Part shown: positions 19,206 through 29,417 of the stretch, one piece after another
Layout: every line of letters begins with the position of its first letter
How positions within the stretch are numbered: the first letter of the stretch is position 1
Source of the DNA: Lachnospiraceae bacterium
Lineage (GTDB): Bacteria; Bacillota; Clostridia; Lachnospirales; Lachnospiraceae
Assembly (NCBI GenBank): GCA_022781395.1
Contig: JALETS010000093.1
Coordinates: forward strand, 1-61,453
Length of the DNA stretch: 61,453 bases
Direction: 5' to 3'
Program-made: the position numbers and the translations under genes
Notes under the pieces: model-generated
What the model saw: the letters and a program-made list of their open reading frames with translations, nothing else
Told to the model about the DNA's origin: nothing
Database searches by the model: none

Positions 19206-19232
19206 ATTTCGGCATAGTTATCCACTTTCTTA
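19206..19232 (-). promoter_or_regulatory. sigma28 (FliA/SigD) promoter
   Basis: TAAG-N15-GCCGAAAT versus consensus TAAA-N15-GCCGATAA, upstream of flagellar genes. Confidence 0.75.
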
Positions 19233-19236
19233 ACTG

Positions 19237-21162
19237 TCAGAAGATAAAAATTGCTGCGGTATAAGGCGGCAGATCAAAGGATATATAATAATCCTTATAA
19301 TTACAGGTTCCCTTAACGGCAGAAATTTCTGCCGGAATTTCGTGTCCGTTACCACCAAAACGTTTATCATCACTGTTTAACAATAACTTATATTTTTTCT
19401 TCTTCGGCACACCGACCTGATAGTTCTCCCACATCATCGGTGTCATATTAAGTACAAACATGATATTATTTTTGCCTGTTTCATCTTTGCGGAAGAAACT
19501 GTATACACTGTGATCAGCATCATCTGCATTCAGCCATTCAAAGCCTTTCCAGTCATTATCAATGGTATGCAGGGCCGGATATTTATGATACAGGTTCAAC
19601 AATTCCTTGACATACTCATGGATGCCCTTATTCTGTTCTTCTCCAAGAAGATACCAGTCAAGCTCTCTCGCTTCGCTCCATTCTCTCTCTTGTCCGAAAT
19701 CCTGACCCATAAACAGGAGCTTCTTACCGGAATGCCCAAACATATAGCTATATCCCACACGAAGATTAGCATATTTGTCTACCATATATCCCGGCATTTT
19801 ATTGACCATGGAGCACTTCAGATGCACCACTTCGTCATGAGATAATGGCAGAATATAATTCTCACTGTTGTGATAAGTCATGGCAAAGGTCATGGCATAA
19901 TGATTATTCTTACGGAACAATGGGTCCAGCTTCATATACTCACAAAAATCATGCATCCAGCCCATATTCCATTTAAAGCTGAATCCCAGACCACCATCTT
20001 CGACCTTTCCGGTTACCTTCGGCCAGGCAGTAGACTCTTCCGCAATCGTCAGAAATCCCGGATGTGCTCCATGAACAACTGAGTTGAGATGCTTAAAAAA
20101 CTCGATAGCCTGCAGATTCTCGTTGCCGCCATATTTATTCGGAACCCACTGTCCGTCCCGTTTACCGTAATCCAGATAAAGCATGGATGCCACCGCATCT
20201 ACACGGATTCCGTCAATATGATATTCCCTGATCCAGAACAGAACATTTGCAATCAGGAAATTCTTGACTTCATTCTTTCCATAATTGAAAATCTTCGTAC
20301 CCCAATCGGGATGTTCACCGATTCTCGGATCCGGATGTTCATAAATACACTGTCCGTCAAATCTTCCCAATCCGTGCGCATCTGTTGCAAAATGAGCAGG
20401 TACCCAGTCAAGAATCACACCAATCTTATTACGGTGTAATGTATTGATCAGATACATGAAATCCTCCGGATTGCCATGTCTGGATGTGGGAGCATAATAT
20501 CCGGTAACCTGATAGCCCCAGGAGCCGTCATATGGATATTCCGCAATACCCATAAGCTCGATATGAGTATATTTCATCTCCTTCAGATATCCCACAATAC
20601 GATCGGCAAACTCTCTGTAATTATAAAATCCTTCTTCTGTGCCATCAGGATGCTTCATCCAGGAACCAATATGACATTCATAAATCGCTATCGGCTCCTT
20701 ATTATAATCTTTACTGTCTCTGTCACTCATCCATGCACTGTCAGACCATTTAAATTTACTGATATCAAAAGTTCTGGAAGCATTGCCCGGACGCATCTCC
20801 GCATAATTGGCATAAGGATCTGCCTTATACAACTTTTCGCCTGCAGGTGTACGAATCAAATATTTGTATAATTCATTTTCGCCCACACCCGGAATAAATA
20901 ACTGATAGATACCGCCCGGTCCCAGCTTTTTCATTCTGTGACTCTCTTCATTCCAGTTGTTAAATGTGCCAATTACATTGACACTGGCAGCATTCGGTGC
21001 CCATACCGCAAAGGACATACCCTTTTTCCCGTTTTCTACAGAAGGATGTGCACCCAGCTTCTTATAGATTTCGTAATGTGTACCCTGTGCGAAAATATAC
21101 TGATCCGCCTCTGAAATAAATACCTTGTTACCTTCTACTTCTTTTCCTTTTTTTGTTGCCAT
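19237..21162 (-). CDS. glgB: 1,4-alpha-glucan branching enzyme
   Basis: 'FAVWAPNA', 'SWGYQVTGYYAPTSR', 'GIRVDAVASM', 'IAEEST', 'LPLSHDEVVH'. Confidence 0.96.
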   Translation of the reverse strand: MATKKGKEVEGNKVFISEADQYIFAQGTHYEIYKKLGAHPSVENGKKGMSFAVWAPNAASVNVIGTFNNWNEESHRMKKLGPGGIYQLFIPGVGENELYKYLIRTPAGEKLYKADPYANYAEMRPGNASRTFDISKFKWSDSAWMSDRDSKDYNKEPIAIYECHIGSWMKHPDGTEEGFYNYREFADRIVGYLKEMKYTHIELMGIAEYPYDGSWGYQVTGYYAPTSRHGNPEDFMYLINTLHRNKIGVILDWVPAHFATDAHGLGRFDGQCIYEHPDPRIGEHPDWGTKIFNYGKNEVKNFLIANVLFWIREYHIDGIRVDAVASMLYLDYGKRDGQWVPNKYGGNENLQAIEFFKHLNSVVHGAHPGFLTIAEESTAWPKVTGKVEDGGLGFSFKWNMGWMHDFCEYMKLDPLFRKNNHYAMTFAMTYHNSENYILPLSHDEVVHLKCSMVNKMPGYMVDKYANLRVGYSYMFGHSGKKLLFMGQDFGQEREWSEARELDWYLLGEEQNKGIHEYVKELLNLYHKYPALHTIDNDWKGFEWLNADDADHSVYSFFRKDETGKNNIMFVLNMTPMMWENYQVGVPKKKKYKLLLNSDDKRFGGNGHEIPAEISAVKGTCNYKDYYISFDLPPYTAAIFIF

Positions 21163-21183
21163 AAGCATCCGCCCCCATTAATT

Positions 21184-23724
21184 TTAATAATGCATAAAGT
21201 CCTTCTCTCGTAATATGATCATATCCTCTTCATCGTATCTCTTTGCAAGCAGAATATCCATAAAATGTCCCGGTGTCTTCTTATTTGCATAATGAATCGC
21301 CTCATCCACCAGTTCCCTGACTTCAGCAAGGCTTACCTCGTGGTCACTGGTCTGTTTCTCGGAAATTCTTGTGTGCAGAGCCAGAATACCGAATTCATCG
21401 ATAGAGTATTCCATCTCCTCCGCATACTGCTTTGCATAAGCTACCAATGCTTCATCATCCAATGGCTCAATATCTACACGGAGATTAAAATTGTTTGAGA
21501 GAGCTGTATTCTCCGCAAGAAGCTGATTTACCTTCTGTTTGGTATCGGTCAGAAGAAGTAATAACCCCATATTATCCTTCTCCAAAACCTTAATCATCTT
21601 CGCAACCGTCTCAGATTTCATAGATGAAGCCTTCTCAATAATCAATGCTCCGTTGTCCAGCTTGGCAAGGGTTGCGGCAACATCCTTTTTATTTAATACA
21701 AGACCGGATATCTTGGCTACCTTACCTGAGAAATTACTGTCATTATACTGCATTTCCCGAATCAGGGTTTTCGCTAAAGTTAATGTGGTAATCTCTTCTT
21801 CACCGGTAATAACTATATTCCCTGTACAAGCCGCCAGACTCATATTATCTAACGTATGCACAAGCTGTCTCTTGGTCTTGCGGTGATGTACAAACTGTCT
21901 GAAAACATCCTGCTCTTCTTTGGTCAGTTCCCGCTCTTGTGCAGATTCAGCATTTTCTGTTTCCACATCCGTAACGGTTCCTGCCTGCTCATCCTCTTTG
22001 GAAACAGGCTCTTGTACTGCTTGTTCTTCCTCTATAACAGCATCCGGTTCCTGAATTTCTTCTAATTCTTCTACTTCATCGGTTTCTTCTGCCTCTGCCT
22101 GTACAGGTGTTTCCATCTGTTGTATTTCCGGCTTCTTCGGAACCGGCTTTTCTTCCTGTACATCCTCAGGCAGAATAACCTTCTTAATGGCAGGTTTACC
22201 GGACTCTTTCATGATAGCCGCCATAAATGCCTTCTCTAATTCTTCCAAAAGACCATTTTTGGTAGCTTCATCAAAATTAGCAAATAAACTGCCTGTCTGT
22301 GCTAATATATGCTGACGAACATCCTCCATACGCTTCTGTTCATTGGACTTCTTCATTTCTTCCCATTCAGCCATAATATCATCGATACTCAGCTGACCGG
22401 TAATCTGCTTCTCAACGTGCTCTGAATCAGGTACTACCAGACTGATCTGACCATCATATTCCTGGGAAAGAATATTATCATAGGCAGACGGCTTAACCAT
22501 CTCTTGTCTGATCTGCTGCATGATCTTTTGTGCATCGAATGACGCCGTGTCTATTTTAAGTTTTTCTTGCGGTTTTTCTTGCGGTTTCTCCAGAACTTTT
22601 TCCGCGACTGTCTGTACTCCGATTTCCTGTAAATCGTCTGTCGCCATAGCCGCCGGCTTTTCCAGAACTTCCTCCACCTCTTCTGCCTCCGGCAGCTTCG
22701 CAGTCTCCTGTAATAAAGGTGCAATAATAGATTCTGTAATAGAGGATGTTTTCTCTTCCTCTTCTTCCTCCTGCTCCGGCTCAGCTTCTACATTTTCTTC
22801 CATATCAACGCTCTCTGCCCCAGCCGTATCTATCGTCTGCTTTTCTTCATTTTCAGGCTCATCGTTCAATATTTCTTTCATACTCTCGGCAAGTGCCATT
22901 TGAAGATTAATGGTATTATACTGACCCACATCAACCGTCTTTACTTCCGGAAGTTCCATAGTCGGAGCATCTGTGACGGCCGGTTCTTCATCGGGGTCTT
23001 CATCAGCATGCTTAACCTGCCCGGCTATCTGTGTATCCCCGGACAGCTCTTCCTCTTCCGATTTACTTTCTTCGATCTCACCTCTCGCCTCAGCATTTCT
23101 CTCCTGTATCCAGGCATCATATGCCTCCTGCTGATTCACATTCAAAGGCTCATGTAACGCTTTCAATTCCAGGGCTTTGATCACATATCTGCCCTCACCA
23201 AACATAAGGAATATTTCATCACATTCCTCCGTACATTTGGTCGCCAGTCCGATACGGTGATACAAGTAAGCAAGCTCATAAAGCCATTTTTCTCTCAGAT
23301 CATGCTTTTTGAACTCTTCCAGAACGGCAATACGCTCCTCTAAACTGACATCCTGTGCCTCATAGAGACGATACTGCAAGATATATCTGCCGGTGTTCTT
23401 TGGCGCAATTTGTACAAATTCCTTATAATACTCGATTGCCTGTACATATTCTCCCATCTTGATGGAAAGCTCACACAGGGAATACACAATTGCATGCCCC
23501 GTAGGATGCTTCTCATATGCCAGCAAAAGAATATCTTTACTCTCCTGATACCTTCTGTTTATCTTATATAAATCGCTGACCGTGCATAACATCATGACGC
23601 TTCTGACCCTGCGCCAGTCTATCGTATCTGCAATTTTAACCGCTTCTGCAAATTCCCCTTCTGCTATGAGTGCTTTAATCTCATCAACACGAACTTTGTA
23701 TTCATATTTATCCAAGGTGCTCAC
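21184..23724 (-). CDS. TPR-like N-terminus, acidic linker and degenerate AAA+ (SpoVK/CbbX-like) C-terminal domain protein
   Basis: Helical TPR-like repeats ('GEYVQAIEYYKEFVQIAP'); 'GNIVITGEEEITTLTLAK' and 'GALIIEKA' at Walker A/B positions. Confidence 0.65.
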   Translation of the reverse strand: MSTLDKYEYKVRVDEIKALIAEGEFAEAVKIADTIDWRRVRSVMMLCTVSDLYKINRRYQESKDILLLAYEKHPTGHAIVYSLCELSIKMGEYVQAIEYYKEFVQIAPKNTGRYILQYRLYEAQDVSLEERIAVLEEFKKHDLREKWLYELAYLYHRIGLATKCTEECDEIFLMFGEGRYVIKALELKALHEPLNVNQQEAYDAWIQERNAEARGEIEESKSEEEELSGDTQIAGQVKHADEDPDEEPAVTDAPTMELPEVKTVDVGQYNTINLQMALAESMKEILNDEPENEEKQTIDTAGAESVDMEENVEAEPEQEEEEEEKTSSITESIIAPLLQETAKLPEAEEVEEVLEKPAAMATDDLQEIGVQTVAEKVLEKPQEKPQEKLKIDTASFDAQKIMQQIRQEMVKPSAYDNILSQEYDGQISLVVPDSEHVEKQITGQLSIDDIMAEWEEMKKSNEQKRMEDVRQHILAQTGSLFANFDEATKNGLLEELEKAFMAAIMKESGKPAIKKVILPEDVQEEKPVPKKPEIQQMETPVQAEAEETDEVEELEEIQEPDAVIEEEQAVQEPVSKEDEQAGTVTDVETENAESAQERELTKEEQDVFRQFVHHRKTKRQLVHTLDNMSLAACTGNIVITGEEEITTLTLAKTLIREMQYNDSNFSGKVAKISGLVLNKKDVAATLAKLDNGALIIEKASSMKSETVAKMIKVLEKDNMGLLLLLTDTKQKVNQLLAENTALSNNFNLRVDIEPLDDEALVAYAKQYAEEMEYSIDEFGILALHTRISEKQTSDHEVSLAEVRELVDEAIHYANKKTPGHFMDILLAKRYDEEDMIILREKDFMHY

Positions 23725-23825
23725 CTCATTATTGTATTTTCACACTTCATCTTTCCACATAGTGACCCTATTTTCACTGTTTTAGTTTACCATAGCCTTT
23801 TAGCAATGTAAACAGAATACGCAGA

Positions 23826-23886
23826 AAAAAAAGCACCTCCAATATGATATCCTGTTTTCAGAATATACCAACATATGGAGCTGCTT
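23826..23886 (-). terminator. Intrinsic terminator after rsmA
   Basis: Minus strand AAGCAGCUCCA..UGGAGGUGCUU followed by a U-tract. Confidence 0.6.
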
Positions 23887-23930
23887 CAATATACAATTCC
23901 TTTATATTGTATCTGCACAAAATTATTGTT

Positions 23931-24800
23931 TTATAACTTTTTCCTCCCCAGCCGGTTGCTTAAGTCGGTAAACTGTTTCAAATCTAACGTTTCTCCGCGT
24001 ATCTGTCTGGACAGCCCCATTTCGTCAAGTGTTTCCTCCACGACCTGTCTGTTGACTCCCAGGTTACCCGCATTGGCAAGCCCATTCGCTAACGTCTTCC
24101 TTCTCTGGTTAAAGGATGCTCTGATCACTGCAAAGAGATATGCCTCATCCTCCACCTCCACCGGCGGCTTCTCATAACGCGTCAGCCGAATCACCGTACT
24201 GTCCACGTTTGGCTTTGGCATAAAACAGGATGCCGGCACTCTTGTTATAATCTCCGGTTTTGCATAATACTGCACTGCAAGAGAAAGCGCGCCATAGTCC
24301 TTCGTGCCCGGTCCAACCTGCATCCTATCTGCCATTTCTTTCTGCACCATAATAGTCACGCTGAGCAGAGGCACATGACTTTCAAAGAGAGCCATGATAA
24401 TAGGAGTTGTAATATAATAAGGTAAATTAGCTACTACTTTAATCGGCTTACCACCGTTGCGTTCCTCCACAATCTTGCTGATATCTACCTTCAGAATATC
24501 TTCATTCAGAATCGTCACATTGGAATAATCTGATAATGTATCCTCCAAAATAGGAATTAAATTCTTATCAATTTCCACTGCCACCACTTCTCCGGCCTGC
24601 TCTGCCAAATACTGTGTCATCGTTCCGATTCCAGGACCGATTTCTAAGACACAGTCATCCTTTGTCAGTTGTGCCGACTCAATAATCTTATCCAGGATGT
24701 TGCTGTCAATCAGAAAATTCTGCCCATATTTCTTCTGAAAATGAAACTGATATTTCCCTATGATCTCTGCCGTATTCCTTGTATTTCCTAAGGTTGCCAT
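23931..24800 (-). CDS. rsmA: 16S rRNA A1518/A1519 dimethyltransferase
   Basis: 'KKYGQNFLID', 'LEIGPGIG', 'VANLPYYITTP'. Confidence 0.97.
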   Translation of the reverse strand: MATLGNTRNTAEIIGKYQFHFQKKYGQNFLIDSNILDKIIESAQLTKDDCVLEIGPGIGTMTQYLAEQAGEVVAVEIDKNLIPILEDTLSDYSNVTILNEDILKVDISKIVEERNGGKPIKVVANLPYYITTPIIMALFESHVPLLSVTIMVQKEMADRMQVGPGTKDYGALSLAVQYYAKPEIITRVPASCFMPKPNVDSTVIRLTRYEKPPVEVEDEAYLFAVIRASFNQRRKTLANGLANAGNLGVNRQVVEETLDEMGLSRQIRGETLDLKQFTDLSNRLGRKKL

Positions 24801-24888
24801 CTGATTCCTCTTTCTTCTTTATCCGTCTGCTTTATTTTCCCACAGATTTCTACACTCTGATTTACCTTTTATTTACCACATTTGAAGC

Positions 24889-25653
24889 TTATACACGAAA
24901 CAGCCTCTTCGCATTCTGTTCTGTGATTGCTACCACCTCTTCATAATCCAAATCCTTAATGGCTGCAATCTCCTGTGCTATATAAGGCAGATTTAAGGAA
25001 GAATTTCTCTTCCCTCGGTTAGGCTCCGGCGCCAGATATGGGCTGTCCGTCTCCAACAGAATCTTCTCAATCGGAATATACTCTACCGCTTCTTTTAATT
25101 TCTTTGCATTCCGAAAGGTGATCACACCGCCAATTCCAAAATAAAAATCCATATTGAGGTATTCCCGTGCCATCTCTTTTGTATAGGAATAGCAATGTAT
25201 CACGCCACCAATATCACCTGCATGAAATGCCTGCATCATGTCCAGCGTGTCCTTTGCCGCTTCTCTGGAGTGAATGATAACAGGAAGCTTCACCTCTCGC
25301 GCCATCTGGAGCTGCCGCTCAAACCAAAGCTTCTGTGTGTCAGGTTCCGGGTCCGGCCAGTGATAATCCAATCCTATCTCACCCACAGCTACAGTTTTAT
25401 CTAAATCACACAGACTGCGCAGCCATTTGAAATTATCCTCATTTAACTCCCCTGTCTCGCTTGGATGGACTCCCACAGCTCCATAAATAAAAGGATATCG
25501 CTTCATCAACTCTGTTGTCTCTCTGCAACTGCCAAGGCTGGCCCCTACATTAATTACTGTACCTATTCCGTTCTCCATAAAAGACAACAGCAATTCTTCT
25601 CTATCTTCATCAAAAGCTTCATCATCATAATGAGCATGACTTTCGAAAATCAT
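24889..25653 (-). CDS. tatD: TatD family hydrolase
   Basis: 'ESHAH', 'GVHP', 'GEIGLDY', 'IHSR', 'HCYS', 'ETDSPYLAP'. Confidence 0.94.
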   Translation of the reverse strand: MIFESHAHYDDEAFDEDREELLLSFMENGIGTVINVGASLGSCRETTELMKRYPFIYGAVGVHPSETGELNEDNFKWLRSLCDLDKTVAVGEIGLDYHWPDPEPDTQKLWFERQLQMAREVKLPVIIHSREAAKDTLDMMQAFHAGDIGGVIHCYSYTKEMAREYLNMDFYFGIGGVITFRNAKKLKEAVEYIPIEKILLETDSPYLAPEPNRGKRNSSLNLPYIAQEIAAIKDLDYEEVVAITEQNAKRLFRV

Positions 25654-25743
25654 CTCTAACCCCCATTTTATTGCAATATTATTGTGAATACTGTACCATT
25701 TTGCCATTATTATTGCAAATAATTATTTTTTTATAAAAAATGC

Positions 25744-25772
25744 TTGCAAAGCCCGAAACAATATACTATAAT
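25744..25772 (+). promoter_or_regulatory. sigmaA promoter of tRNA gene
   Basis: TTGCAA-17 bp-TATAAT. Confidence 0.75.
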
Positions 25773-25819
25773 AACACTTGCGTGTTGAGCAAACAGCATT
25801 TTTCTTTATCATAGGACAT

Positions 25820-25892
25820 GCACCGCTAGCTCAGTTGGTAGAGCACCTGACTCTTAATCAGGGTGTCCAGGGTTCGAGCCCCTGGCGGTGCA
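25820..25892 (+). tRNA. tRNA-Lys (anticodon CTT), CCA not encoded
   Basis: Acceptor GCACCGC/GCGGTGC-A, D arm GCTCAGTTGGTAGAGC, anticodon arm CCTGA-CTCTTAA-TCAGG, T arm CAGGG-TTCGAGC-CCCTG. Confidence 0.97.
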
Positions 25893-25897
25893 CTTTC

Positions 25898-25946
25898 AAA
25901 GGACTGATTTTGAGGACATAGGAGCCTTGGGGTCGGTTCTTTTTTT
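25898..25946 (+). terminator. G-U-rich intrinsic terminator after tRNA
   Basis: AGGACUGAUUUUGAGG..CCUUGGGGUCGGUUCU followed by U-tract. Confidence 0.65.
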
Positions 25947-26010
25947 ATAATTCTATATGGTGCGAATGGTTCTGAATAATTACTCTGAATAATTAATCGG
26001 GGAGAGACAA

Positions 26011-26787
26011 ATGAAAGTTACATGGTATAGCACAGCATCACTGTTAATTGAATCCGGGGAAGATAAAATTCTCATTGATCCCTTTCTGACCTTATATGGA
26101 GCAGAAAATCATCCTTCTTTATTATCTTATATTAAAGAAGACTCCATTCTCATCACACACGGGCATTACGATCATCTGGCCTCCGTTCCTAAAATAATGT
26201 CAGATTCTGATGCTACAGTCTACTGTTCGGCTACTCCTGCCCTTACCTTAGAAAAAAAGAAGGTTGATGGCGATCAGGTCGTTATCATCCGTCCCGGCGA
26301 CGTTCTTACCTTTGGTTCTATCAAAGTTAAAGTTCTGCAGGGAAAACATATAAAATATGACAAAAAACTGATTCGAAAAACATTACTCAGACCCAGAGTT
26401 CTTCGCTATTTTTCTAATTTACTGTTACTGGGATGGAACCGTTTGAAATATCGGGAAGCACAGGAAACATTAATCTATCAGATAGAAGCAGAAGGAAAAG
26501 TGGTACTTGTTTTAGGAAGCCTGGCACTGGATGAGAATACTGAATATCCCCAATATGTAGATATGCTGATTCTGCCTTATCAGGGTTCTTCGGATCTGGT
26601 AACAAAAGCTGTTTCTATCATAGAAAGAATCAGCCCCCGTACTGTTCTGCTGGATCATTTTGATGATGCATTTCCTCCGATCACAACACCGATAGACACC
26701 AAACCCCTCAAAAAGGCGTTAGACAATGCTTTCCCGGAACTGCCGGTAGCTAAACCAACAGCCGGAAAAGCCGTAACTCTACTATAA
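26011..26787 (+). CDS. MBL-fold metallo-hydrolase
   Basis: 'ILIDPF', 'ITHGHYDH', distal 'HFD'. Confidence 0.9.
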   Translation: MKVTWYSTASLLIESGEDKILIDPFLTLYGAENHPSLLSYIKEDSILITHGHYDHLASVPKIMSDSDATVYCSATPALTLEKKKVDGDQVVIIRPGDVLTFGSIKVKVLQGKHIKYDKKLIRKTLLRPRVLRYFSNLLLLGWNRLKYREAQETLIYQIEAEGKVVLVLGSLALDENTEYPQYVDMLILPYQGSSDLVTKAVSIIERISPRTVLLDHFDDAFPPITTPIDTKPLKKALDNAFPELPVAKPTAGKAVTLL

Positions 26788-27990
26788 CAAAGGTTCGCCT
26801 ACATCAGTTCTTTTTGGTTTAAAAAGCTTACACATATTAATCCCGGCCAGTAACAGAACCGGAAAGATTATTCCTGCCAGAATACCCATTTTCAGGTTGT
26901 CATTCATGGCACCGGACACCATCCCGACTATCGTCGGTCCTCCGCCACATCCTACATCTCCGGCAAGAGCAAGTAATGCAAACATTGCCGTGCCACCTTT
27001 TGGAAGGGATGCGGTGGCTTTGCTGAATGACCCCGGCCACATGATCCCGACAGACAATCCGCACAGCGCACAACCGGCAAATCCAATAACCGGGTTAGGT
27101 ACCAGCGATATACACAAGTAAGAAGCAATGCACAAAATACTGCTGCCCATCATAAATTTATCTAAGTCGATCTTATCTCCATATTTACCATAAAAAGCTC
27201 TGGCACTTCCCATCGTAATGGCAAAAAGCATCGGGCCAGCCAGATCCCCTATCGTCTTACTTACACCCAGACCCAGCTCTGCAAAAGTAGAAGCCCACTG
27301 ACTTACTGCCTGCTCACTGGCTCCCGCACACACCATCATCAGCATAAGAATCCAGAATATCTTTTGCTTACACAGATCGCCTATCGTCATTCCCTTTTCG
27401 CCCTCTTCTATCAGGGAAGCAATAGGGACTTTAGTAAACCGGATCATATTAATAAATGGTACAATCGCCCATAACAGCGCCATAATCTTCCAGTTCTCTA
27501 TTCCAAATATCCGGAAAAACAAGGTGGAGATCAACACTACTGCTACATGCCCCCAGCAATAGAAGGAATGAAGCATACTCATTGCCTTCTCCTTGTTGTC
27601 TGTCGGGCATGCCTCCATAACAGGACTCACCAGCACCTCCAAAAGGCCACCACCGATTGCATATACGGTAACTGCAATGAGAAGCCCTACGAAGGGATTC
27701 CTGCAAAGATCCGGTAAGGTTGTCAACAACACAAATCCCAAAGCTGCACAAATATGCGCTATAACCATGGAAGCGCGATACCCTATTTTATCCACGAAAG
27801 TAACCGACAACAGATCTATTAAAAGCTGTAACCCAAAGTTAAAGGTAATCAGCAAAGTAATCTGTGTCATTGGTATCCCATAGGTATGATGAAATGTCAA
27901 AAAAAGTAACGGAACAAAATTATTAACGATTGCCTGCACTATATAACCAATAAAACAGGAAATTATTGTCTTATCATATTCTTTTGTCAT
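26782..27990 (-). CDS. MFS transporter (sugar permease-like)
   Basis: About 12 TM segments, 'VDKIGYR' loop motif. Confidence 0.88.
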   Translation of the reverse strand: MTKEYDKTIISCFIGYIVQAIVNNFVPLLFLTFHHTYGIPMTQITLLITFNFGLQLLIDLLSVTFVDKIGYRASMVIAHICAALGFVLLTTLPDLCRNPFVGLLIAVTVYAIGGGLLEVLVSPVMEACPTDNKEKAMSMLHSFYCWGHVAVVLISTLFFRIFGIENWKIMALLWAIVPFINMIRFTKVPIASLIEEGEKGMTIGDLCKQKIFWILMLMMVCAGASEQAVSQWASTFAELGLGVSKTIGDLAGPMLFAITMGSARAFYGKYGDKIDLDKFMMGSSILCIASYLCISLVPNPVIGFAGCALCGLSVGIMWPGSFSKATASLPKGGTAMFALLALAGDVGCGGGPTIVGMVSGAMNDNLKMGILAGIIFPVLLLAGINMCKLFKPKRTDVGEPLL

Positions 27991-28074
27991 GGTTATAAAC
28001 CGTACCTTCCCATTGTCTGCGACTTTTTAATCAAAGCGGCAAACAGAATTATTCTTTCAATATTTAATTAACGA

Positions 28075-28920
28075 TCAGAACGCAATTTTCAGTGCTTCTA
28101 CCAGAAGACCGCACAATACACCGATGATATACAGCATAGCTATAATCTTAAAGTTTTCTTTCCGATCATCATTGACCCGCAAAAGTACTAAAATGCCTAC
28201 ACCACTGCCTGCAAGAAGCCCTGCTATCATTGCTCCCGCACTTAGCACTCCATTGAGATACAGCTGTGTAATTGTCACAGAAGCTGCACAATTCGGAATT
28301 AGTCCAACTAATGCCGCAATCAGTTCCCCAATAACAGGCCGGTTGAGAATCAAGTTCCCCAGAAACTCTTCTCCCAACAGCGCAATGACCAGATTCAATA
28401 CGAATGAGATAATCAGAATATACAAAAAGATCTCTATCGTATGATGCAGTGCGGATTTCCAAATTCCCTTCTCACAATGACAGTGATGCTGCTCGCACAG
28501 ATGCTCTATCTGCAGTTTCTTTTCCTGCTTACGAAATACAAAATCAATAGCAAACCCTGCTATCATACCTACAATGACTTTGAACCCCAATATCTTACCT
28601 ATTGTATCCATTCCCACATTCTCAGACAGCATTATTGGTAACATCTCGTCAGAAGTGGACAAATAAATAGCCATCAGTGTCCCTATCGTTATGATTCTAC
28701 CCGCATACAGATTTGACGCAGCAGCAGAAAAACCGCATTGCGGAAAAACACCCAGAATACTGCCTATCAGCGGTCCTCCCTTACCAGAATTGCGAATGAC
28801 ATTCTGCATTTTATCTCCTGCCTTATGTTCTAAAAACTCCATGGCAAGATATGTAAGAAATAAAAACGGCAAAAGTCTTACACCGTCAATAAGAGTATCC
28901 ATTATTACATCCAGAATCAT
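28075..28920 (-). CDS. Putative manganese/heavy-metal transporter (ArsP_2-like)
   Basis: Duplicated 'G.FPQCG' / 'GLIPNCAAS' motifs, 'STSDEM', His/Cys loop 'HLCEQHHCHC'. Confidence 0.75.
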   Translation of the reverse strand: MILDVIMDTLIDGVRLLPFLFLTYLAMEFLEHKAGDKMQNVIRNSGKGGPLIGSILGVFPQCGFSAAASNLYAGRIITIGTLMAIYLSTSDEMLPIMLSENVGMDTIGKILGFKVIVGMIAGFAIDFVFRKQEKKLQIEHLCEQHHCHCEKGIWKSALHHTIEIFLYILIISFVLNLVIALLGEEFLGNLILNRPVIGELIAALVGLIPNCAASVTITQLYLNGVLSAGAMIAGLLAGSGVGILVLLRVNDDRKENFKIIAMLYIIGVLCGLLVEALKIAF

Positions 28921-29114
28921 GCTTTCTCTTCTTTCTACCGCCAGGCAATTATCTCTGACACGTTTCTGTGCGGTATTTTTAGAATACCGTGTCCATATAG
29001 AAAATGCAAGTGTACTTTTATCTCATTATGCTCATATATTATCTTCTTTTTCGAAATAAATATTGCTTATTTTACTGAAATGAACTAACATTAAAGAGGT
29101 ATTTTTGTCGTGAA

Positions 29115-29408
29115 ATGGCAAACGGGGGATTCAAAATGGATGGATTTAAGAATATAATGGAAGAGGCAGTAGTTTATCAATTAAATAAAATACTGCCCAC
29201 AATGCCTAATATATGTTCATGTGAAGATTGTAAACTGGATATGATCACCTATGCATTAAACAGGTTACGCCCACAATATGTGAGAACAGATACCGGCGCT
29301 CTTTTCCAGAAACTGAATAATTCTTCGCCCCAGGCAGAGGTAGAGATTTTAGCTACTGTTATTTCAGCAATCAACACAATTGGTGCGCATCCACATCATC
29401 AAAAATAA
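29115..29408 (+). CDS. ComFB family protein
   Basis: 'KNIMEEAV', 'CSCEDCKLD..YALNRL.PQYV', C-terminal 'HPHH'; true start may be 29136. Confidence 0.88.
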   Translation: MANGGFKMDGFKNIMEEAVVYQLNKILPTMPNICSCEDCKLDMITYALNRLRPQYVRTDTGALFQKLNNSSPQAEVEILATVISAINTIGAHPHHQK

Positions 29409-29417
29409 GAATGGCTT

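Noticed and set aside
22561-22595. 12-bp tandem repeat encoding EKPQ
   Set aside because: In-frame low-complexity linker repeat, not a phase-variation tract
25820-26010. tRNA-Lys as an integration site
   Set aside because: No integrase and no duplicated tRNA 3' end seen in the window
28920-29010. yybP-ykoY manganese riboswitch before the metal transporter
   Set aside because: Leader is only about 55 nt after a TTGCAT-17-TATTCT promoter and lacks the conserved motif
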